A DNA stretch of 64,000 nt from Tetramitus jugosus (taxonomy: Eukaryota > Protista > Heterolobosea). Both the position numbers and the translations under genes were made by a program. The notes beneath the pieces are model-generated. The model was given only the letters and a program-made list of their open reading frames with translations, was not told the origin of the DNA and did no database searches. The stretch lies in contig OW569355.1 in the NCBI GenBank assembly GCA_937625935.1, positions 496,001-560,000 on the forward strand. Reading direction: 5' to 3'. Numbering within the stretch: the first letter of the stretch is position 1; every line of letters begins with the position of its first letter. Shown here piece by piece: positions 1 to 10,040 of the stretch.

Positions 1-1
1 T

Positions 2-1300
2 AACAATGCATCCAGCAGTGCAAGTGGCAGCAGTGGTCACAGACGTACTGGCAGTGGTTACTATTTGAATGTGATTTACAACACTTATAATTCAAAGAGC
101 CCTGATGCAACATATAATCACATTCACAGACGATTGTTCCCTGACACCAAGCTCATGTCAGCAGAGGAAATTGAAACCATTGTGAGACAGCAGATGCAAG
201 ACTTGCAGATCAAGAATCCATTCCTCGACGATTTCTACTACTTCTCAATGACCAACAAGAGAGGCATTGAAGCAAGAAAGATTAATGCAACATCTGCTCA
301 TCACATTCAAGAAGCACTTGAACTGTACAATTCAAAGACTGGAAAAACAGAGGAGGAGTTGAAGAGAGAGGAAACATTGGCTCATCAACCAAGAGTCTTT
401 GGTAGAATTCCATCACAGAATGTGAGAGCACCTAGAGCCATGTTTGAGATTGAGGAAGAATTGAAAGACTTGCAAAATTCACCTGTATCACTCGCTACAC
501 TGCGCCGAGATGCTGTTGCTCAACTGAATCTGTTGATTGAGAATGGTTTGGTCTTCTTGATTCAAATTCAAGAGAGTGCTCTGTGCATGAGAAACATTCC
601 AAACGAAATGTCTCCTCAGGCCATTCATGAATACTTTGGACTGTGTCAGATTGTTGCACGTATGCTCAATGTGCCAACACAACAACAACCAGGCTTCTAT
701 TCCTTTTATCAAATTTTGGAAAAGAGAAAGGGTATCAAGTTCGTGTCCAAGGCGTTGCAACATTTGCCAGAACCCTTCATTGTCCACTTGTTGAAGAGTG
801 TTCTGCTGTACTGGAACTTGATCTTCAGTAACTTTATTGCAAGACACGAGGATGCTGATGAATTGAGACAGCGCTTCATCAAGGATACAATCACTGGAGT
901 CAATTCCTTGAGTCTTGTTGCGATTTGTCAAATTTTGCATGACGATCCAACACGCGACGACATTATCCATATCAACTATGCTGACTTCTTCTCCCATGGT
1001 GGAATCAATGTGTTGGCCGCTATGCTGAAGAGAGCACACGAGATTATACCGTCCGATCCGTCGACTGTCAATGCATGGCAATCAGATTTTGGACAATTGT
1101 TTAACCACTTGAGGTCGTTTGGCTTTACACGGATTGCAACAATCACAAATGATGACGGATGGAAATTGTTGGAGAATGTTCTCATCCATTGTAATGAACA
1201 TCAGACCAGAGCAATTAGCGAAGATTTGCACTCATTCCTTACACAACAACCAACACCCAACATGGCAGGCTTCCTACAGCGATTGATGAATAGGCCATAA
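2..1300 (+). CDS. PAT1: Pat1/PATL-like mRNA decapping activator, 5'-partial
   Basis: Frame is open from position 2. Motif LMSAEEIETIVRQQM...NPFLDDFYY matches the Pat1 middle domain, followed by a helical C-terminal region. Confidence 0.7.
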   Translation, partial: NNASSSASGSSGHRRTGSGYYLNVIYNTYNSKSPDATYNHIHRRLFPDTKLMSAEEIETIVRQQMQDLQIKNPFLDDFYYFSMTNKRGIEARKINATSAHHIQEALELYNSKTGKTEEELKREETLAHQPRVFGRIPSQNVRAPRAMFEIEEELKDLQNSPVSLATLRRDAVAQLNLLIENGLVFLIQIQESALCMRNIPNEMSPQAIHEYFGLCQIVARMLNVPTQQQPGFYSFYQILEKRKGIKFVSKALQHLPEPFIVHLLKSVLLYWNLIFSNFIARHEDADELRQRFIKDTITGVNSLSLVAICQILHDDPTRDDIIHINYADFFSHGGINVLAAMLKRAHEIIPSDPSTVNAWQSDFGQLFNHLRSFGFTRIATITNDDGWKLLENVLIHCNEHQTRAISEDLHSFLTQQPTPNMAGFLQRLMNRP

Positions 1301-1472
1301 TGTAAACAACGAAATAATAATAAACATAATATCCACAACAAGATAACTCTCGTCTTCTGAAGCAGTTTATTTTTGTGTTTCTCTTCGGTCCGATGTTCTG
1401 CAGTTGAGAGTTCCCACAGGTTTTGAACGAAAAAACAAACCAAAACAAAGCAACACAAACAACAACAAGAAT

Positions 1473-2195
1473 ATGGTCCAACGAACAGGAGTAGTCCGTG
1501 GCATCCCAACCAACAATACTGTCAGAACATCGTACCATGACATGGCCTATGCAAAGCAAGACGTTGACTTGTGTAAACTGGAGGTGTACAACCAAGAGTT
1601 CAATCGATCGTATGAAAGAGAATTCAGTGTCGGTCGAGCAAAGCGATGGGAAATGTTTTCAACCAACGACAATAGAGACGATGAAGATTGGAATGAGAGC
1701 AATGAATCTCGTCAGAGTTCCACTGAAATCAAAAAGGAGAGGATGGAACAGAATCGATCTGAAAAGAAACTGATTTCACAGATCAAACGTACCAAGGACA
1801 AGCATATTCGGAGAGAAATTGCCTTGCAACAGAAACAAGAAAGAGTTGAGGCGACTGAAAAAGAAACTGAAGAGAAATCAAGTGACATTCCCATGCACAT
1901 TGGAGGCTTGAGTGATGAATACAACTTGGTGTATGGAAGTCGATCCGCACGTATGAGAAAAGGTCGAAAACAAGAAGTGATTGTACCACAGGACCAAGTG
2001 AACAATCTCATCAATGTGCCAGATGGTGATCAAGTGAAGCGAGGATTCATTGTCAAGACACACAACACTCGGGAACAGGTGCAATCAGGGATTAGGAATC
2101 CAATTCAAAATAAGGGCGATAGGTATTATCTGTCTGAGAACAAGAAGGAAAAGCAAAAGTTAGCCAAGGATTGGAAGAGCACTCTCGAAGCTTAA
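1473..2195 (+). CDS. Hypothetical charged (K/E/R-rich) protein
   Basis: ATG at 1473 follows an A/C-rich leader typical of genes here; 240-codon open frame; no family recognised. Confidence 0.55.
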   Translation: MVQRTGVVRGIPTNNTVRTSYHDMAYAKQDVDLCKLEVYNQEFNRSYEREFSVGRAKRWEMFSTNDNRDDEDWNESNESRQSSTEIKKERMEQNRSEKKLISQIKRTKDKHIRREIALQQKQERVEATEKETEEKSSDIPMHIGGLSDEYNLVYGSRSARMRKGRKQEVIVPQDQVNNLINVPDGDQVKRGFIVKTHNTREQVQSGIRNPIQNKGDRYYLSENKKEKQKLAKDWKSTLEA

Positions 2196-2245
2196 TATGT
2201 TACAATATATTTATTAGCTTAGCAATTGAATTCTCTACAAAAATT

Positions 2246-3586
2246 TCATCTGCAAACAAAAAGATCCAGGTTTTGCTCTGATAACCTGCGCAACGTTTCA
2301 ATCAAAACACCGAGACCATGCTCTGCATCCGGCGATAATTGTGAAAACTTTGGTTTCTCCATTCTTCTCTTCTTGTTCAGTGCGGGTGCAGAAGAACGCT
2401 GTTGTTGCGGTTGTCTTCTTCTGCCCTGCAGGCAATGCTCCACCGAATCCAATGATGACTCATTTCCAATTGTCATCATACTCATCATTTCATCATCTTC
2501 ACCATGATTGTAAAGTTCATCAATATCATCATTATTGAATCCTCGTCTTCTCTTGTTGTTCTCATTACGATATCGATCATCAAAATGAGCCATTGGTTCA
2601 TCATCACTCTCCACTTGTGCCTCTTGACTATCATCACCACTACCACTACTATGATTATGATTCAATTCACTCAAATGATTATCATCATCATCATCTTCAT
2701 CATCATTAATATCTTCATCCAATGAAGGCACATCTGATGATACTCGGCCTAGAAACACTTCTCTTTCATAGTCGGATCGAATATGTCTCAATGATTTGTA
2801 CAGTGATTGAACTTCTTGACTATACAAGTACGAATAAAAAAATTCTTCTGCTTCTTCTGCTTCTTCACTATTATTAGTATGATGATTGGAACAACAACCG
2901 ACTTGTTTCTTAATGAGTGCTCTACCATAGTACAAGTGCATGAGTAGAGAGTGATCTTTGGATGTCAATTGACTATCAAATGCATTCAATAGTGACTCAA
3001 TGACATGTTCATGATTTTTCATCATCTGATTCTGTTCTTGTTGTTCTTGTTGTTTCATAGTAGTAGATGATGATGATGATAATTGATCAAATCTCCAAAT
3101 GGCCAACAATGTTCTACGATGAATATCATACTCATTATCTGGATCATATTCATCAGTAGTAGTACTAGTAGTAGTAGTTGTAGTAGTAGATGATGGAAGC
3201 CATTGATGAGTAACAATGGATTTCATTTGATGATACTGTTCTTTCAATTCTTCCAAAAAACAATCATAATACAATGATGCTGATTCAAGACTACTCTCTT
3301 CTGAATTCATCATTGTTGAGTGGTGGTGACATGATGATGATTGTTGCAAGGATGACAAGTGTTTGTATTCTGAATCTAAAAATGCAAAAAATTGTAGTTT
3401 CCATTCATTGACTGTACTCTTTGATGATGATGATGAAAATGAGTGATTGTTGTTGTTATTGATGTTGTTATTGGTATGAAAAGAAGAGCAATGATGAGTA
3501 CGAAAGAGGAATTGATTGAGTAGAGTACCATGATAAGTCATGGAAGGTGAAATGATTTCATGTTCTGGTTGAGCTGTCATCTTCAC
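2246..3586 (-). CDS. Hypothetical low-complexity protein
   Basis: 446-aa ORF with poly-S/T/N/D tracts and a basic NLS-like segment (NKKRRMEK); no family recognised. Confidence 0.55.
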   Translation of the reverse strand: MKMTAQPEHEIISPSMTYHGTLLNQFLFRTHHCSSFHTNNNINNNNNHSFSSSSSKSTVNEWKLQFFAFLDSEYKHLSSLQQSSSCHHHSTMMNSEESSLESASLYYDCFLEELKEQYHQMKSIVTHQWLPSSTTTTTTTSTTTDEYDPDNEYDIHRRTLLAIWRFDQLSSSSSTTMKQQEQQEQNQMMKNHEHVIESLLNAFDSQLTSKDHSLLMHLYYGRALIKKQVGCCSNHHTNNSEEAEEAEEFFYSYLYSQEVQSLYKSLRHIRSDYEREVFLGRVSSDVPSLDEDINDDEDDDDDNHLSELNHNHSSGSGDDSQEAQVESDDEPMAHFDDRYRNENNKRRRGFNNDDIDELYNHGEDDEMMSMMTIGNESSLDSVEHCLQGRRRQPQQQRSSAPALNKKRRMEKPKFSQLSPDAEHGLGVLIETLRRLSEQNLDLFVCR

Positions 3587-3957
3587 TTGTTGATTTTTTT
3601 TTGTATGTTTATTTACAAAAGCTTTTGAAAAATGAGGGTTATGTACAGTGGAAGGAGCTAATGTTTGAAGAGAGCTCTTTGGGTGCTATTTACAAAGAGA
3701 TGGATTTGCTTGTTGTTTTTTTTGGTGTAAATGAGGTGGTGGTGGTGTTTGCAATGTCAAAGTGGATGTTTGTTGTTGTTTGTTGGTTGAACTTTTGTTT
3801 GTTGTTTGTCCCTGGCAAAATGCATCGGTGCGGATTGGATTTTGGCGGGTGCATAAATTTATGTAATTTTGGCTGGACTACAAGTTTTACCGCAACAAAA
3901 CTTTCGATTTCGTGCTCTCAAATCCGGAAGAACAAGCAGAGGAGATTTTATTTCATT

Positions 3958-5709
3958 TTATTTTCCAGACTTGCTCTTGGTTTTGAAGATTGTCATGGAT
4001 TGGGAGGATGTAGAGTGGATAGGGTCCATTACGAGCATCATGTTGTTATCTGTTTCTCTTTTCACGACGTCTTCGATCAGTCCCTTCACCTTTTTCAACA
4101 TGTTCTCACCAACTCGTGGCTCCTTGGATAGCACTGCAACCTGGACATGCTTTCCTTCGAGCAAAAAGTCAAGAATCTGCTCAGATTTGAGCTCCAAGGC
4201 CTGATCTTGAGTACTGCCCTTGAATCGCACCTTCTTCACCTTGCTCTTGACTGTTTCATTCTTCTGACTCTTCTCCAATTTGTCCTCGAGCTTGCTCATC
4301 ACATGGTCCAAGTATTGACTGTAGCTCGCAATTCTACAAACTGCAGAGTCGTCACTCACTCGGGTCATCAGAATCAAATCCAATCCCAGATCAGCTGCTG
4401 CGTGCAGAGCGTCGTTTCTGGTCTTGGTAGCAGGTGACTCTGATTGTTCTGCTCCTTGTATCTTGCACAGAATTTTGTTAATTTCCACTGGGATCTGTGT
4501 GTTGACCAACTTGGACACATCAGCATACTTTGTGATCGAATTCAACTGTTCAGCCTGTCTCATCCGATGTGGTGCCACAAACGGAACTCGCGAGTACTTT
4601 TCAGATTGAACATCGGGCAAACTTCGACCAGTAGCCTTCTGTAGCTTCTTTCTCTCCTTTTTGCTCATTTTTGACTCGTCTTCGTCACCTTCTTCATTCT
4701 CTAGATCAATGTCATCATCCTCATCACCCATTCCATATCCTCTCATGGATTCATCAGTAATTTCCAGCTCTGCTTCATGTTTTCTTGTTGGCACGCGTGC
4801 TTCACCGGCGGCAGCAGCAGCAGTTACCTCTTGTTCAACAAGGGGCTGCTCTGCTCGCTTGACTTGTTGTCTTGGTGGTTTTTGTGCCTGTTTCTCGTTT
4901 GCCTCTAGAATACTCATGATATCAAATGACGTCTCATCAGCAGCAATTGCAGCAGCAATCGTCTGAGGAGGCTCTCTGATGGGTGATCCCTTCTTGTTGT
5001 TGTTGTTGTTGTTGTTACTCCTTGATTGATTCATTCGTTGTTGATCTTGCATTTTCTTCTCCTCCTTTTCTCTCTCTCTTTGTTCCTTGAGTTCCTTTCT
5101 CTGTCTTTCTTCATCCAACTTTTTCTTCTCAGTCTCTAGTTTCACTTGTTGTTGATAGGCTTTGAATCCAGTGAGTGGTCCTTCTTCTGCTTGTTTCTTT
5201 TGTTGTTGCTGGTGTGGTTGGTGTGGTGAATGTGGACGTGGTTGTGCATGTTGTGATGGACCGGTGTGACTTCTCTGCTTGTGTTGACTACCGTGTGGCT
5301 GATGATGTGGTGACTTTGGTGCACCAAACACATCGGCCATTGCTTGTGTTCTATTGTGTGTAGATGTTTGATGACGCTGATTTGATCCATGTTGTTGTTG
5401 CTTTTGCTGATGTTGTTGTCTTTGACCTCCACTACCACCACTGCTACCACTACTACTACTACTACTACTACGGCTGTTATTGTTATTGTTTTGTTGATAA
5501 CCTCCTCCACTAAAGAAACCACCACCACCACCACCACCACGATGATTACGATCATTGTAATCATTAGAGTTCAATGAAGCAGCAAATGAGTGAAATGATG
5601 ATGCAGCATGATTCATGGTGCGCATCCATGGGGCTGTTGTTGAAGCTTTTGAAGTGGTGGATAGCAAGTTGAACAAAAATTGATTTCCTGTCTTGTAACG
5701 GTGCATCAT
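3958..5709 (-). CDS. Mitochondrial translation initiation factor IF3-like protein with long low-complexity N-terminus
   Basis: C-terminal ALHAAADLGLDLILM...AVCRI and KVKKVRFK...DFLLEGKHVQV match the IF3 N- and C-domains. The N-terminus from ATG 5709 is presequence-like. Confidence 0.65.
   Translation of the reverse strand: MMHRYKTGNQFLFNLLSTTSKASTTAPWMRTMNHAASSFHSFAASLNSNDYNDRNHRGGGGGGGFFSGGGYQQNNNNNSRSSSSSSSGSSGGSGGQRQQHQQKQQQHGSNQRHQTSTHNRTQAMADVFGAPKSPHHQPHGSQHKQRSHTGPSQHAQPRPHSPHQPHQQQQKKQAEEGPLTGFKAYQQQVKLETEKKKLDEERQRKELKEQREREKEEKKMQDQQRMNQSRSNNNNNNNKKGSPIREPPQTIAAAIAADETSFDIMSILEANEKQAQKPPRQQVKRAEQPLVEQEVTAAAAAGEARVPTRKHEAELEITDESMRGYGMGDEDDDIDLENEEGDEDESKMSKKERKKLQKATGRSLPDVQSEKYSRVPFVAPHRMRQAEQLNSITKYADVSKLVNTQIPVEINKILCKIQGAEQSESPATKTRNDALHAAADLGLDLILMTRVSDDSAVCRIASYSQYLDHVMSKLEDKLEKSQKNETVKSKVKKVRFKGSTQDQALELKSEQILDFLLEGKHVQVAVLSKEPRVGENMLKKVKGLIEDVVKRETDNNMMLVMDPIHSTSSQSMTIFKTKSKSGK
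5425..5540. repeat. Trinucleotide (ACC/ACT/GTT) low-complexity tracts encoding poly-G/S/N
   Basis: Seen directly; representative of many such coding tracts in the window. Confidence 0.8.
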
Positions 5710-6034
5710 GATGAATCTGTGTGTTTCGTTTCTTTTGTGTGAAATTATTAATTTTTTTGTTGTTGGTGTTTTCGAATATTGAGTACCGAAATTTGTTTGT
5801 TTGTGTGGTTCAACAAGAAGGGCGACAGAATCATCAATGCCAGCCAAAACAAACAACATGAAGACAGATAGAAGGGAGAAGAGCTAGTGAACGAGCTCGA
5901 ACCCACATAGTAATCTCCCATTTTTTATCTCGTGTCAATCATTGTTTTTTTTACATTGAACTGTGAACTCTGAAGGAACTTGTTCCCCAAATCCAAAAAA
6001 CAAAAAACAGAACGAACAAACAAGAGCAGGCAGC

Positions 6035-7741
6035 ATGGACAACACTGGAGCCAATCATCAGACATCTCTCCCAAACTATTTCGTCTTTTCACTCAATCGA
6101 GATGACCATGGCTCAGCTGAAGAATGCGACGATGTGCACAACAAGTGCAATGCATTCACGCAACAAGTTAGGTCCTTTTTCCAATTACCTGCCAGTGACA
6201 AGCAATCGACAACAGATGTCAGTGAAAACAATAGTGGATATTTTATGAATACGATGGCCAATAAGCAACAATTCCAGTTTCGTATGAATCGAACAAACTT
6301 TTGTTACGGAGAGCAGAATAGCAAGAATTATGTATTTAGTGAGGCTTCCACTGCTGCATTTAATGCTTGTTTATCATTCTGTAAAAAGTACTTGTTGGAA
6401 TGGCTAGGGAGTCTGGAATGTTACTTAAAGGACAAACAATTGGACATTGTGATTGTCAAGGGACTTGAAGTGGCATTGAATCAGGGCGAGAACTATTGGC
6501 AACGATTCTCAGTGTTACTTGCGACCGAGTATTTGAATACTGTTTCAAGTGAGTCTTGTGCCGACATGGTGCAGGATAATTGCCCTGCGCATACGGATGC
6601 TGGAATCGTGACTCTGTGTATCGCACCAGAAGAAGGGTTACAATTGTACGATGAGGAAACAAGATCATGGATCGATGTAAGTGGACCAGATAAGATGGTA
6701 CTATTCTTTGGCGATTCGATGGCTGCACTTACGAATAACGCAGTTCAAGCAGTGAGGCATAAGGTTGTACCAACTCCAACTCACAGATTTTCTGTTGTTT
6801 TCAAACTCAGAATTGATGCTGATATCGTTGGACCACGAAACGAAGCAGATTACAAACTTCTTCAACAGATACAGTCTGATAATGAGAAGAAGTATCGTCA
6901 GGACTCTGACTTTGATCAACATATCCTGGAACAAATATTCTTCTTCTTGCCATATAAGGATCTGTGTAATGTAGAACTTGTCTGTAAGCATTGGCAGATG
7001 ATTGCCTCTTCAAATTTTGTCTGGAGAGCACAATGTATGACAAAATTTGGCACCATTGGCATTAATGTTGTATCCTGGAAACATATATTCAGTCAGAAAT
7101 TGATGACTGCGCCAAGAGATGTAAAATTGAAGAATGTTCTGCCCTCTTTTAAGGGACAGAGTGGAGCATCCTTAAAACTAGTTGTTGTCGGAGATGGAGC
7201 TGTTGGCAAAACTTGTATGTTAGTTTCCTATGCCACTAATATGTTTCCAGATGATTATATCCCTACGGTGTTCGATGAATATTCTACAAATATTGATCTA
7301 GATGGACGAACATATTCATTTAGTCTATGGGACACAGCTGGTCAGCCTGATTACGCAAGGCTCAGACCGCTTTCATATCCAGGCACAAACGTCTTTTTGA
7401 TTCTATTTGATGTGACCTCCAAGGATTCTTTTGACAATGTGAAAAGTCAATGGACTTCAGAACTTGCTCTTCATACAGTTTCTGTGCCATTCATTTTAGT
7501 TGGAACCAAGATTGATCTGAGAGCTACTGCACTCACGAATTGTATCTCATATGAGCAAGGTGTGGAGCTTGCGCAGGAAATACAAGCTGTTGCGTACTTT
7601 GAGATTTCGAGCAAGAATATGGCTGGTGTATCAAATTTGATGGGGTTTGCTGCTCGAGTAGCTGTGCATCACCAATTACAAATACCATTTTGTAGTGTCA
7701 CAGATGAAGTCAGAAAGAATAAGAAATGTATTGTACAGTAA
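6035..7741 (+). CDS. Fusion: 2OG-Fe(II) dioxygenase + F-box + Rho-family GTPase with CaaX
   Basis: HTD...RHKV...RFS (HxD..H..RxS); F-box ILEQIFFFLPYKDLCNVELVCKHW; GDGAVGKT, YIPTVFD, WDTAGQ, RLRPLSY, TKID; C-terminal KKCIVQ. One uninterrupted frame. Confidence 0.85.
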   Translation: MDNTGANHQTSLPNYFVFSLNRDDHGSAEECDDVHNKCNAFTQQVRSFFQLPASDKQSTTDVSENNSGYFMNTMANKQQFQFRMNRTNFCYGEQNSKNYVFSEASTAAFNACLSFCKKYLLEWLGSLECYLKDKQLDIVIVKGLEVALNQGENYWQRFSVLLATEYLNTVSSESCADMVQDNCPAHTDAGIVTLCIAPEEGLQLYDEETRSWIDVSGPDKMVLFFGDSMAALTNNAVQAVRHKVVPTPTHRFSVVFKLRIDADIVGPRNEADYKLLQQIQSDNEKKYRQDSDFDQHILEQIFFFLPYKDLCNVELVCKHWQMIASSNFVWRAQCMTKFGTIGINVVSWKHIFSQKLMTAPRDVKLKNVLPSFKGQSGASLKLVVVGDGAVGKTCMLVSYATNMFPDDYIPTVFDEYSTNIDLDGRTYSFSLWDTAGQPDYARLRPLSYPGTNVFLILFDVTSKDSFDNVKSQWTSELALHTVSVPFILVGTKIDLRATALTNCISYEQGVELAQEIQAVAYFEISSKNMAGVSNLMGFAARVAVHHQLQIPFCSVTDEVRKNKKCIVQ

Positions 7742-7856
7742 TAGGGCATTCATGTTAATTTAATAAAGATCCACAATCATAACTTCCTGCTTCCTTGTTC
7801 CAGTTGAGTTTTTTCATTTTGCACAATAATCAGAAAACGAACACACAGCAATCCAG

Positions 7857-8573
7857 ATGAATCACAGTTGGGAAAATCCAATCCAAGTAACATCGCTCCG
7901 ATTACAAGACAAGATCCAGCAATTGACTCAAGATCAGACATACTTCTTGAGTGGTAAAACTGACCAACAGGACGACAATTCAAAGAGCAACGAGGTCCCT
8001 GTTCGTCTGACAAGTGCCAAGATAGAGTGGATTCATGAGATTGTGGCATTGGTCAATGAAGCCTATCTAGCTGATGCCCATTTCAAGAAACCAAACATGT
8101 CAGATCGTACCGATGCACATGAGATCGAGTCCCTGATCAAGAGACAAGAAGAAAATGATTCCAACTTTTGTCTCTGTTGTCTGGTGACAACAACAGAAGA
8201 TACCAGTCACTCGAAAAAGGATAACCAGAGTGAAAAGATTGTGGGTGTGTTCATGGTTGAGAAGAAGCTTAAGGGTGAAGAATCTTGTTGCTGTTTTGGA
8301 TTAATGGCAGTGCATTCCAGGTTCAAGGGTATAGGATATGGGGTGCTCGTTCTCAACAATATTGTGGTTCACATAGCGAGAGAAATCGCATGTCGCACCA
8401 TTGATCTGTTGTCCATTAGCGAAGCACGAAAACTTAGAGATTGGTACAGAGATACGTGTGGCTTTCAGATTATTGAGAGAGTAGAAGCGCCTCAAGAACT
8501 GTTGGACATTATCCTTCCTGGGTTTGATATCTACTTTTTGGTGATGCGCAAATCAGTAAGCCAGTGCCTGTAA
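7857..8573 (+). CDS. GNAT-family N-acetyltransferase
   Basis: IVALVNEAY, acetyl-CoA motif A (FGLMAVHSRFKGIGYG) and LRDWYRDTCGF. Confidence 0.75.
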   Translation: MNHSWENPIQVTSLRLQDKIQQLTQDQTYFLSGKTDQQDDNSKSNEVPVRLTSAKIEWIHEIVALVNEAYLADAHFKKPNMSDRTDAHEIESLIKRQEENDSNFCLCCLVTTTEDTSHSKKDNQSEKIVGVFMVEKKLKGEESCCCFGLMAVHSRFKGIGYGVLVLNNIVVHIAREIACRTIDLLSISEARKLRDWYRDTCGFQIIERVEAPQELLDIILPGFDIYFLVMRKSVSQCL

Positions 8574-8649
8574 CAACAACGGTGAATTAGCAGTGGCAAA
8601 TGCTCCAAAATAGCAAACACCGGCGTACATCCAAGTAAACTCAACAATC

Positions 8650-9999
8650 ATGAGACCAAGCAACACCTCAAAGAGTTCTTCTTCGATTCTCAGTACCCAT
8701 CGTAAGGCTCACTATCACCAGTTTGGAGCTGCGAATCAACTGTCTTTGAGTCATGTCGGTCCTCACAGTGTCTCCTCTCTCAAACAGTTGAATAGTCCCT
8801 CATCATCTAACTCAACGACTAGGCACTCTCATAACTCTTTTACTTCGATGTCTGTAAACAGGAGAAAGAGATCACAATCTCCTGTCCAAATCTCCTCTCC
8901 TGTTCGATCAAGTGTGACTCTGCTCAACATCGGATCATCGAGTCCATTATCTTCTCCCGGTACCTCGCACTTTCAAACGAAGAAGAACAAGTTATCGACT
9001 CTAACCCCCACGAAATCAAGTTCCCCTGCCAATGCGAGGTATCAGACAAAGCATTCAACAAAAAAGAGCTCGAACTCCAAGTTACTATTTGGTGATGCTG
9101 AGTATATCGATGATTCTCGCAATTCGTATGTTGATGAAAGTCCTGTCGATTATAGGCTCTATCAAACTTTGTTCAAAAATAAGAGAAGAATATCAATCTC
9201 GTATGGACTCTTTGACACCCAAGGACATCGACCAAGCATGGAGGACGAATACTTCTTTGTGGAGGATCTGAACTCAATGGCACTTAATCCTACACAACAT
9301 CAAATTCATTGTGCATTTGGAATTTTTGATGGACATTGTGGCAAAGATGCTGCAACTTATTGTAAAGATAACTTATGTGAGCACATATTGAAAGCCCCGA
9401 GTTTTCAAAAGAGCATAGAGAGAGCACTACAAGAAGGGTTTGTATCCTGTGATGAATCGTTGAGGAAGTACTCAATCGATGAAGAGAAGGCTTCTCCGTT
9501 TGCTGGATGCACGGCCAATGTGGCTATTATTCGAGACAATGTCCTTACAGTCGCAAATTGTGGAGATTCCCGGGCAGTATTAGCAAATGGAGGAAGAGCT
9601 GTACCTATGAGTGAAGATCATAAACCCAACCGCCCTGATGAAAAGAAGAGGATAGAGTCTTTGGGTGGAATGGTTATGTTTGGAAGAGTAGGAGGCTTGT
9701 TGGCGGTGTCTCGCGCATTGGGAGATTTTGAGTACAAGACTGATGGAAAACATTTAGTCACTGCCACTCCTGATGTCAAGTCTTTTACCTTGAATAGCAA
9801 TTCAGATTTTGTAATTGTTGCGTGTGACGGACTATGGGATGTTATGTCATCCGAAGAATCAGTCAAATTTGCCTATCAGTGGATGCACGAAACTCACAAT
9901 CTGGACATAGTCTGCGAACGCTTGGTTCATAAAGCTCTAGAACGGAGATCGATGGATAATATTACTTGTATGATTGTTGCTCTTCATGAATTTGAGTAG
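8650..9999 (+). CDS. PP2C (PPM) Ser/Thr phosphatase with Ser-rich N-terminus
   Basis: QGHRPSMED, FDGHCG, ANCGDSRAVL, DHKP, LAVSRALGD, ACDGLWDV, DNIT motifs. Confidence 0.92.
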   Translation: MRPSNTSKSSSSILSTHRKAHYHQFGAANQLSLSHVGPHSVSSLKQLNSPSSSNSTTRHSHNSFTSMSVNRRKRSQSPVQISSPVRSSVTLLNIGSSSPLSSPGTSHFQTKKNKLSTLTPTKSSSPANARYQTKHSTKKSSNSKLLFGDAEYIDDSRNSYVDESPVDYRLYQTLFKNKRRISISYGLFDTQGHRPSMEDEYFFVEDLNSMALNPTQHQIHCAFGIFDGHCGKDAATYCKDNLCEHILKAPSFQKSIERALQEGFVSCDESLRKYSIDEEKASPFAGCTANVAIIRDNVLTVANCGDSRAVLANGGRAVPMSEDHKPNRPDEKKRIESLGGMVMFGRVGGLLAVSRALGDFEYKTDGKHLVTATPDVKSFTLNSNSDFVIVACDGLWDVMSSEESVKFAYQWMHETHNLDIVCERLVHKALERRSMDNITCMIVALHEFE

Positions 10000-10040
10000 A
10001 GTTGGATTGCGAATTTGATTGACCATTTATTGTTTCAGAA

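Noticed and set aside
2341-5577. Many short hydrophobic ORFs (poly-I/V/L/M) here and over other low-complexity genes
   Set aside because: Alternative-frame readings of trinucleotide tracts within real genes.
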